A DNA stretch of 64,000 nt from Candidatus Heimdallarchaeota archaeon. Its GTDB lineage: Archaea; Asgardarchaeota; Heimdallarchaeia; Heimdallarchaeales; Heimdallarchaeaceae. Position 1 is the first letter of the stretch. Every line of letters begins with the position of its first letter. Shown piece by piece: positions 57,414 to 64,000 of this stretch. Made by a program: the position numbers and the translations under genes. The notes beneath the pieces are model-generated. The model did no database searches. It was not told the origin of the DNA and worked only from the letters and a program-made list of their open reading frames with translations. The stretch is from assembly GCA_016840095.1 (NCBI GenBank), contig JAEOSZ010000066.1, positions 13,627 to 77,626 on the forward strand, given 5' to 3'.

Positions 57414-58244
57414 CTATATTTTTGCGGTTGATTCTATCTTAAAGCCTTCAATTTCGGATGGAGTAAGATCTAGGTTTTCGCTTACGAATGCTACACCCAT
57501 CAATTTGGTAATAGCAAAAGTATCCTTTATTCTACTACCAACAGTGCTTCTTGAGAAGTAGAATATCCCTTGAGCTGCATTCATAATTATTCTTTCAGCA
57601 ACAGGATCAAGAACACCTTGTGGTAATAGGAAGAAATGTATGCCACCTATTTTTGTTATGGATGTTATAATTGATTTTAGAAAAGTAATCAAATCATTTG
57701 AATCTTCGTCTAATCTGTCTTCCTTCATCCATAATAAATCATCAAAAACACTGAAGCATTGTTTCTTTTGATTTTCTTTAACATGAACCATTCTATCAAT
57801 AACTCTCTTGACATAAGTTTTTCTTCGTACTTCTATTTTGCCTAGTTTGAGAGAAGAAGTCATTGAAGAACTTGATAGATCAAACATATTCTCAAAATAC
57901 CAATTTTTACCTTCGAAGGGTTTTACATCCCATTCATAAGCTTTGAATGAGTTTAGAACATGACCATAAGGACGACTACTATGAACATAAAAAATAACAT
58001 TTTCACTATTCTGAGCCCAATTAAGAAGGATTCTTTGAATAAACAGTGTTGGTATAACAGTTTCAGAAGGATAACTCACCAAAATCAGAGAACCAGAAGG
58101 CAATCCTTTTCGTGACGACATTTCCATGCCCAATTTCTGATCAAGTGATCTGATACCAGTTTGAAATAGATCTCCTCTTTCATCCTTTGATGAATTTGTT
58201 TTTCCTATACGATTTATACCCCCAGGTGGTGAGTCCATACCCAT
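57414..58244 (-). CDS. KaiC/RadA-like (RecA-superfamily) protein with degenerate Walker A
   Basis: TGIRSLDQKLG...GLPSGSLILVSYPSETVIPTLFIQRIL follows the KaiC-like layout. The P-loop position reads YPSETVIP (no GK[ST]). C-terminal ..ITKLMGVAF...GFKIE resembles the family. Confidence 0.55.
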   Translation of the reverse strand: MGMDSPPGGINRIGKTNSSKDERGDLFQTGIRSLDQKLGMEMSSRKGLPSGSLILVSYPSETVIPTLFIQRILLNWAQNSENVIFYVHSSRPYGHVLNSFKAYEWDVKPFEGKNWYFENMFDLSSSSMTSSLKLGKIEVRRKTYVKRVIDRMVHVKENQKKQCFSVFDDLLWMKEDRLDEDSNDLITFLKSIITSITKIGGIHFFLLPQGVLDPVAERIIMNAAQGIFYFSRSTVGSRIKDTFAITKLMGVAFVSENLDLTPSEIEGFKIESTAKI

Positions 58245-58273
58245 TGAACATTCCTCAATTAGTGTTTAATTTG

Positions 58274-58798
58274 CTAAAATTGCTCCAATTCCCTTAGCGC
58301 AAGTTCCAAATCAGATATGAATTCATCTTGAACTTTCTTTTCTTCTTCAACAACAACAGGTTGAGGAGTAACTACAGGCTGAACTTCAGGAGCAGGAACA
58401 GGTTTTGCTTCAACATCCAGAATATTTCGGATCTTTTCAGCAGCAATTTTCATAGTTCTTCTTACCATTCCAAGAGCTACTCCTGTATCAGTAATTAAAC
58501 ACAAAACTGTACTTCCGCAACTTGCTACTAAAATTAAACCATCTGAAAATTCAGAGATAATAATATCTAATACAGCTAATCCAACATTTGTTCCTTGTTG
58601 TTCACTAGCTAAATAAACTGCACTTGCTATTGCTCCAAGAGCTTCTGTTTCAAACTCATCGAAAGCAAATCTTGAAGAGTAAGCTAGTGTTAATCCTGTC
58701 TTATCAGCTAATATTACATGATTAATATTAGCATCACTTGTTATAATTTCATGAAGTATTGTATTTATTTGGTCAGCACCATACAAGCATATCACCAA
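58274..58798 (-). CDS. Roadblock/LC7 (MglB-like) domain protein with P/V-rich linker and C-terminal helix
   Basis: INHVILADKTGLTLAYSS...GAIASAVYLASEQ...LILVASCGSTVLCLITD fits the Roadblock pattern. Tail PVPAPEVQPVVTPQPVV + DEFISDLELALRELEQF. TTG/GTG start. Confidence 0.65.
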   Translation of the reverse strand: MVICLYGADQINTILHEIITSDANINHVILADKTGLTLAYSSRFAFDEFETEALGAIASAVYLASEQQGTNVGLAVLDIIISEFSDGLILVASCGSTVLCLITDTGVALGMVRRTMKIAAEKIRNILDVEAKPVPAPEVQPVVTPQPVVVEEEKKVQDEFISDLELALRELEQF

Positions 58799-58917
58799 GT
58801 ATTTACGACATCTCTTAATGTTTATTTATTGTTTAAACTATTTAAAGATTAATACAGCTGTAGTCGTACTAGCTTTTATCAAACAAACTTTAAAAAGGTG
58901 TTGTAAAATTAAGCTCC

Positions 58918-59595
58918 ATGACTAGAATAACCTATCCAATAATTATTCTAAATTTTAAAAATTATGAAGAGACAATTGGGGAAAGAGGATTAAAACTTTC
59001 AAAAATTGCAGATGAAGTTGCTAAAGAACTTGGTGTTTCAATTGCAGTTTGCCCACAAACTGTTGACTTAAGAAAAACTGTTGAAGAAGTAATCATTCCA
59101 GTCTTAGCGCAACATGTAGATTCAAATGATTTTGGAAGTTATACAGGAAATAATATCATGCAAGCTATAATAGAAACTGGAGCAATTGGATCTCTTGTAA
59201 ATCACTCTGAACATAGATTGAAGTTAGCAGATATAGAAAAGATTGTTCAAAAAGCAAATACCTTAGATTTCTTCACATGTGTATGCTCTAATAATCTACA
59301 AACAAGCAAGGCCATTGCTGCTTTAAATCCTATTGCATGTGCAATGGAACCACCTGAACTAATTGGAAGTGGAGTATCTGTAACTACACAACCTCAATTG
59401 GTTAAGGATACAATCAAGGCAATATTAGATATCAACTCGAATGTTCAACCTTTGGTTGGTGCAGGTGTATCAACAAATCAAGATGTTCTAGAAGCAATTC
59501 AATTAGGAGCCAAAGGAGTTCTTTTAGCTTCGGGTTTTGTGAAAGCTAAAGAACCAAAAGAAGTATTATTAAAAATGGCACAAGCAATTTTATAA
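58918..59595 (+). CDS. tpiA: Triosephosphate isomerase (archaeal type)
   Basis: IILNFKNYEE, VNHSEHR, EPPELIGSG, 225 aa. Confidence 0.9.
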   Translation: MTRITYPIIILNFKNYEETIGERGLKLSKIADEVAKELGVSIAVCPQTVDLRKTVEEVIIPVLAQHVDSNDFGSYTGNNIMQAIIETGAIGSLVNHSEHRLKLADIEKIVQKANTLDFFTCVCSNNLQTSKAIAALNPIACAMEPPELIGSGVSVTTQPQLVKDTIKAILDINSNVQPLVGAGVSTNQDVLEAIQLGAKGVLLASGFVKAKEPKEVLLKMAQAIL

Positions 59596-59634
59596 TTTAT
59601 TAAAAAAAGTTGTAGGGAATCAATCAGTTCCTTA

Positions 59635-60102
59635 CTAGTTTCTTTTCCACATTGTTTTTTCGCCTTGTTGTATCTGTGTAAGGATACCGGCTTCAGCCAT
59701 TTGTTCTAAGGATTTAACGAATTCTTCCTTTGAAATTGGAGAACTTCCCTGCTTCAATGCTGCAAATTGGCAAGCTGCAAAAATTGCATCTTCAAACATA
59801 AATTTAGAAGAACTATAGGATTCAAGTATAATATCCATATTAGGAATATCGTGTTCTTTAACTGAAACCTTTTCCTCTTTTTTTACTTCTTTTGTATAAG
59901 TTTTTTTCTCAGGAGCAACAGTTTCCCCAATCATCTTTTTCAAACTTTTCCCTCCAGATTGTTCTCCAAAACCGTATAATTCAGCTAACCAGTGAATTGC
60001 ATGATTAACAAATGAATCAACAGATTCAAAATTATTCTCACTAACAAGTTTCTCTATATATTCATACAGCTTCTCAGGTATTTTTGCATCAAAAGATTTC
60101 AT
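59635..60102 (-). CDS. Hypothetical protein with N-terminal ribbon-helix-helix-like segment
   Basis: FDAKIPEKLYEYIEKLVSENNFESVDSFVNHAIHWL resembles CopG/Arc RHH. Confidence 0.4.
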   Translation of the reverse strand: MKSFDAKIPEKLYEYIEKLVSENNFESVDSFVNHAIHWLAELYGFGEQSGGKSLKKMIGETVAPEKKTYTKEVKKEEKVSVKEHDIPNMDIILESYSSSKFMFEDAIFAACQFAALKQGSSPISKEEFVKSLEQMAEAGILTQIQQGEKTMWKRN

Positions 60103-60341
60103 ACATCATCAATCCTATTGAATTTATTCAACGATAAAATATTCTTTGTTGTGTTTTAAACTGTTTTTATCTAGGTTATGGGACTGCAAGAAATAAATGA
60201 ATAAAATGTTGATAAAGGCGTCCTGCTGTTTTCCTATCATGTGTGTGAAGAGCACATCTAAGCCGTCTCAACCAGTCATTCGCCTAACAATATTAAGAAG
60301 AAAATGAAGTATAAGTTTTTCTGTAAGAGTTTTATTATCTA

Positions 60342-60509
60342 CTATGAAGTTTTACGACCACGCTTGTATTGAGTGAAACCACACTTCCCACAAGTTTGAC
60401 GATCTGGATGTTCTGCCATATATACTGCATCACCACAACGCTCACAAATCTTCTTTGTTCTAACTACCTTTTCGCCTTCTATTTTGTATCTCTTATGTGC
60501 ATTGCTCAT
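60342..60509 (-). CDS. rps27ae: 30S ribosomal protein S27ae (eS31)
   Basis: Below the ORF-track size cut-off. Hand translation gives MSNAHKRYKIEGEKVVRTKKICERCGDAVYMAEHPDRQTCGKCGFTQYKRGRKTS (55 aa) with zinc ribbon CxxC..CxxC. Lies directly downstream of S24e, as is conserved in archaea. Confidence 0.85.
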   Translation of the reverse strand: MSNAHKRYKIEGEKVVRTKKICERCGDAVYMAEHPDRQTCGKCGFTQYKRGRKTS

Positions 60510-60520
60510 ATTTTTTACAC

Positions 60521-60817
60521 CTATTCTTTCTTATCTTCTAAAACTCCAGATCTTTTTAGTAAGTGCTTTCTTTCGACTTCAATAGCCCGTTCTGAAGTAT
60601 TGTAAGCATGAATTGTAGCGCGAGTGATGCCAATTCCAAACATTGTTTGCATTTTAATTAATACAACTTGGTTTTTCTCTTTGTTAACCTCTGCAGCAAC
60701 TCTTGCAAGAACAGCATCTCTTGTAGGAACAGGTTCCCCTTGATGATCTATCTCTACATCAAGTTCCATCCTATCAAGTAGTTTATTTTCTGTTTTCTTA
60801 TCGATTTTAATTTTCAT
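60521..60817 (-). CDS. rps24e: 30S ribosomal protein S24e
   Basis: NKLLDRMELDVEIDHQGEPVPTRDAV...VVLIKMQTMFGIG..TIHAYN. Confidence 0.9.
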   Translation of the reverse strand: MKIKIDKKTENKLLDRMELDVEIDHQGEPVPTRDAVLARVAAEVNKEKNQVVLIKMQTMFGIGITRATIHAYNTSERAIEVERKHLLKRSGVLEDKKE

Positions 60818-61358
60818 TGATTTTCACCATTTTCTGAATTAATTTCTTCACTTTTTTCTTCATTTCTTCTGTGACTGTAACTACTACTAGTCCTTCATTT
60901 GGTTGTCCATATAAGACTTTTGAATTATAAGGAGTTTCCAGTATAGCTGGAAGCACCAGTAAATCCTCTTCACCAGTTATTTTTATAATAATTTTGATAT
61001 CATCCTTTTTTAGAACATCTGTAATTATTTTCCATGCTTCTAATGTAATTGTTCCTACGGGATTTGTTACTTTTACTTCAAAGAAATCGGTTATGTCGAC
61101 TATATCAACTTTTTTTCTTTGAACATGATCATCGATAATTGCTAAATTGGGAATGAGCTTTTTCTCTAAAAGAGTTCGAGTACTTTCATCTCCAACTGTT
61201 ATAATTTTACAAATATCCTTGTTGGTTTCTATTAAACTAACAAATTCATCTATTTCTTCATCAGTAGATAGAACAATATCTAATGGGGCTTTAAAATAAC
61301 GCCTTTCATCTTCAGGTAAGATGTAATAACCCTTATTGGAAAAATCCACTATTTTCAC
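60807..61358 (-). CDS. DUF359 family protein (GTP-dependent dephospho-CoA kinase type)
   Basis: ITVGDESTRTLLEKKLIPNLAIIDDHVQRKK matches the vGD...P.laivD..t.R signature. Sits in the conserved Spt4-DUF359-S24e position. Confidence 0.7.
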   Translation of the reverse strand: MKIVDFSNKGYYILPEDERRYFKAPLDIVLSTDEEIDEFVSLIETNKDICKIITVGDESTRTLLEKKLIPNLAIIDDHVQRKKVDIVDITDFFEVKVTNPVGTITLEAWKIITDVLKKDDIKIIIKITGEEDLLVLPAILETPYNSKVLYGQPNEGLVVVTVTEEMKKKVKKLIQKMVKINEN

Positions 61359-61543
61359 CGTACTCGTAGTGCATAGTGTCCCTTTTTGTTGATTTTCATT
61401 CTTTGAGAAACTTCACTATCTTCAGGATTTAGGATGAATATCTCTCCAGTATACTCAGAAGAGAGATCTTGTGTTTTACAATTTTGGCACATATTAGCAG
61501 TTTTTTCAGCAATTAGATGACATACTCGACATGCTTTTGACAT
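61355..61543 (-). CDS. spt4: Transcription elongation factor Spt4 (RpoE'')
   Basis: 62 aa with zinc ribbon CRVC..CQNC and ..GEIFILNPEDSEV. Confidence 0.85.
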   Translation of the reverse strand: MSKACRVCHLIAEKTANMCQNCKTQDLSSEYTGEIFILNPEDSEVSQRMKINKKGHYALRVR

Positions 61544-61544
61544 A

Positions 61545-62117
61545 CTATGCAGCCTCCTCAGCTTTCTTTGGATTCTTCAAATCTTTCTTCCATTCTTCTA
61601 TCCAATCAATTGCTCCAAGAGAATCTTGACGCATAGTTAAACCAACTCGAATAGCTGTTTTGCCTATACTAACAGCAATTACTCTAGCTCGAACCCTTGT
61701 ATTAACCAGCAAATCTCGTTTGGATTTATCCCCTCTTAGAACAGCATTCTTAGGGATGTATCTAAAATAGTCATCTGCAATTTGAGACACATGACATAAA
61801 GCATCAATAGTTCCTATTCTAACAAATGCTCCAAAGTCAACACATTCAACTACTTCACCAGTTACAACTTCACCTATCTCTGGTAAATAGCATAATAAAC
61901 CAAAATCAGTTTCATAATATGCCCCCCCATCTCCTGAAATCAGTTTACCTTGATATATTTTTTCAATTTCTGTAACTGCTACAATGAATCCTAAATCAGG
62001 ATCGATTTTACCTTCAAAGTTTTCTCTTGCAATTTCTACTAAAACTTGTGAAAGATCTTCATCGAATCTATTTGGAGGTACTCTGAGTGTATCCTTTACC
62101 TTGACGCTATAATACAA
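61545..62117 (-). CDS. rpoE: DNA-directed RNA polymerase subunit Rpo7 (RpoE')
   Basis: MYYSVKVKDTLRVPPNRF.. N-terminal domain and S1 domain GEVVTGEVVECVDFGAFVRIG. Apparent TTG start. Confidence 0.9.
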   Translation of the reverse strand: MYYSVKVKDTLRVPPNRFDEDLSQVLVEIARENFEGKIDPDLGFIVAVTEIEKIYQGKLISGDGGAYYETDFGLLCYLPEIGEVVTGEVVECVDFGAFVRIGTIDALCHVSQIADDYFRYIPKNAVLRGDKSKRDLLVNTRVRARVIAVSIGKTAIRVGLTMRQDSLGAIDWIEEWKKDLKNPKKAEEAA

Positions 62118-62388
62118 GACGATATCATCTCTCTTTTTTCTACATTGCTCGTTCTTATCTATCGCTTTTAAATATAGTTATATCAAATATTTTTACACAT
62201 TTATTAGTGATCATCTAAGAAATTAGCAATGAAGAAGTGTTTTTTACATTTCAAAAAATAAAAGCTAGCTGAACGTAAAGTTTTTGATGTATAACAGTTG
62301 CTGGAATATCAGTCTTGAATAAATAAGCATTAAAAATTACGATTTACATTCATTTAAGCAATAGGACACAATAATTGAGGAAGAATTA

Positions 62389-63705
62389 ATGAGCGAACAA
62401 GGTTCTCAAGAAAAAGAAGAAAACAAAGCAGCTACTTCAAAACCTGAAGTAAGTGAAAAGGAAAAGAAAGTCATCAGACAGCCAGAAGTTAATATTGGAA
62501 CAATAGGTCATGTTGATAATGGAAAGTCAACTTTAGTCCAAGCTCTGACAGGCAAATTCCCTGATGATCACTCTGAGGAACTAAAAAGAGGAATTTCAAT
62601 AAGATTAGGTTATGCAGATACAGAGTTTCGTAAATGCCCAAAGTGCCCTGAACCTGAGGCTTTCACAATCGAGGAAACATGTCCGAAATGTGGAACACCT
62701 TCTGAATTTCTACGCAGAGTTTCCTTTGTTGATTGTCCAGGACATGAAGTACTGATGGCAACATTATTGTCAGGTGCAACACTTATGAATGGAGCAATTC
62801 TCTTAATAGCTGCTAATTCGAGATGCCCTCAACCTCAGACTAGAGAACACCTTGCTGCAATGGAGATTCTTCAAATTCCAAATATTGTAATCGCTCAAAA
62901 TAAAATTGAACTTGTTTCTGAGGAAGAAGCTCAGAGAAATTATAAGGAAATTCAAGACTTTGTCAAAGGGACTATTGCTGAAAATGCACCTATTGTACCT
63001 ATCAGTGCTATGCACAAAGCCAACTTAGATGTTTTAATTTCTGAAATTGAAAAGAACATCCCTACACCAGATTTAGATGTAGATAGCCCTCTTGAGATGC
63101 ATGTTGCAAGATCTTTTGATATTAACAGACCAGGAACTAAGATTAGTAAACTAAAAGGTGGAGCTCTTGGAGGAACCATAATCAGAGGGCAACTTAATGT
63201 AGATGAAGAAATAGAAATTGTACCAGGCATTGCTGTGAAGAAATCTAACAAAACTGTTTACACACCAATTAAAACAAAAATCAAAAGTGTTGCTATAGGA
63301 GAACAAGGTCTGGTTGAAAGTGCTCATTCTGGCGGTTTAGTTTCAGTTGGAACAGAGCTAGATCCTTCATTGGTTAAGGCAGACAAAATGGCTGGAAATA
63401 TAATTACTACACCAGGTCATGCTCCTGATATCATTTCTGACCTCAAGCTTAAAGTTCTTCTAATGGAACATGTTGTTGGTTCTGAAGAAATTACAAAGGT
63501 TCAACCTTTAGCACAAGGTGAAACATTGATGCTAAATGTAGGTACTGCAAAAACTGCAGGAGTAATAACTGAGATTAAAGGAACAGAAGCTCTAATAAAA
63601 TTAAACCGTGAAGTAGCTGCAAGAGAACAGAGTAAGGTAGCAATATCTAGAAGAATATCTGGCAGATTTCGTCTAATAGGGGTTGGCGAAATACAAAAAC
63701 AGTGA
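62389..63705 (+). CDS. eif2g: Translation initiation factor aIF2 gamma
   Basis: VNIGTIGHVDNGKSTL, zinc knuckle CPKCPEPE..CPKCG, DCPGHE, QNKIE. Has a ~30-aa K/E-rich N-terminal extension. Confidence 0.95.
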   Translation: MSEQGSQEKEENKAATSKPEVSEKEKKVIRQPEVNIGTIGHVDNGKSTLVQALTGKFPDDHSEELKRGISIRLGYADTEFRKCPKCPEPEAFTIEETCPKCGTPSEFLRRVSFVDCPGHEVLMATLLSGATLMNGAILLIAANSRCPQPQTREHLAAMEILQIPNIVIAQNKIELVSEEEAQRNYKEIQDFVKGTIAENAPIVPISAMHKANLDVLISEIEKNIPTPDLDVDSPLEMHVARSFDINRPGTKISKLKGGALGGTIIRGQLNVDEEIEIVPGIAVKKSNKTVYTPIKTKIKSVAIGEQGLVESAHSGGLVSVGTELDPSLVKADKMAGNIITTPGHAPDIISDLKLKVLLMEHVVGSEEITKVQPLAQGETLMLNVGTAKTAGVITEIKGTEALIKLNREVAAREQSKVAISRRISGRFRLIGVGEIQKQ

Positions 63706-63711
63706 AAATAG

Positions 63712-64000
63712 ATGTTAGTCATTTTAGATTCCAGTATGCTGATGCTTCCTCTAGAAAAAAAATTAAACATTACTTTTGAGATTGAAAGATTGGTACAGAA
63801 AAAGCTTGAAATTGTTGTACCACAAGTTGTTTTAGATGAGCTAAAGAAGCTGCTGAATAACGAAAAGCAATCAACCATTCTAAAAGCAAAACTAGCGTTA
63901 GACCTTGCTAGTAAATTTTCAGTTCTTGAATCAGAAACAGGCTATTTTGCTGACGAAGAAATCTTACGTATAGCAGTGGAAAAAGATGCAATAGTAGCTA
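63712..64000 (+). CDS. PIN-domain protein (Fcf1/COG1412-like), 5' part only
   Basis: Hand translation gives MLVILDSSMLMLPLEKKLNITFEIERLV..IVVPQVVLDELKKL (PIN motif D at position 6). Conserved neighbour of aIF2 gamma. Runs off the window. Confidence 0.6.
   Translation, partial: MLVILDSSMLMLPLEKKLNITFEIERLVQKKLEIVVPQVVLDELKKLLNNEKQSTILKAKLALDLASKFSVLESETGYFADEEILRIAVEKDAIVA

Noticed and set aside
58274-58330. C-terminal helices (DEFISDLELALRELEQF here; AELLKALKKLEDL at 19700-19747) as MIT-interacting motifs (MIM1) of ESCRT-III-type proteins
   Set aside because: Neither matches the (D/E)xxLxxRLxxL(K/R) register when aligned residue by residue. The resemblance is limited to being acidic amphipathic helices.
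60369-60605. 78-aa plus-strand ORF
   Set aside because: It overlaps the clearly recognisable S27ae and S24e genes on the minus strand, and its composition (C/F/L/T-rich) is non-protein-like.
1-64000. tRNA, rRNA, CRISPR arrays, transposases/integrases, prophage or defence islands
   Set aside because: I scanned all spacers longer than 50 nt for GC-rich cloverleaf-like patches, repeat-spacer arrays and terminal inverted repeats, and found none. The only structured-RNA candidates are the C/D sRNA at 34.4 kb and the K-turn element at 60.2 kb.

Overview
Visibly AT-rich, gene-dense archaeal chromosomal segment with about 70 protein genes on both strands, short spacers and many 1-11 nt gene overlaps. 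Most of it is conserved archaeal information-processing neighbourhoods. These are the exosome superoperon SBDS-Rrp4-Rrp41-Rrp42-L37Ae-Brix-Pcc1 (10.7-15.2 kb), RNase P Rpp30-Pop5, divergent S6e/TFB, S15-RecJ/Cdc45-like-Pcc1-like-S3Ae, Rpo7-Spt4-DUF359-S24e-S27ae, and aIF2gamma-PIN. Also present are RFC large subunit, ABCE1, IleRS, L15e, a Dna2-like nuclease-helicase and several base-excision repair enzymes (Fpg/Nei, EndoV, EndoIII). Scattered among them are eukaryote-signature-type proteins: a Rab/Ras-like small GTPase, a Roadblock/LC7 protein, an E2-variant (UEV-like) protein, a RING-like membrane zinc finger and a WD40 protein. Together with the AT-richness this suggests an Asgard (Loki-like) archaeon, but that is inference, not proof. 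I recognised no rRNA, tRNA, CRISPR array or mobile element. Two items are missing from the ORF track: a well-supported 60-nt C/D box sRNA (34392-34451) and the 55-aa S27ae gene (60342-60509). The most system-like unexplained locus is at 56.0-58.8 kb, where a Roadblock / degenerate KaiC-like / coiled-coil-wHTH operon lies tail-to-tail with the small GTPase. The other leads are two paralogous about 750-aa TrmB-wHTH + long coiled-coil proteins, the UEV-like and RING-like proteins, and a repeat-extended Rrp41. All functional calls rest on motif recognition by eye; no database search was run.
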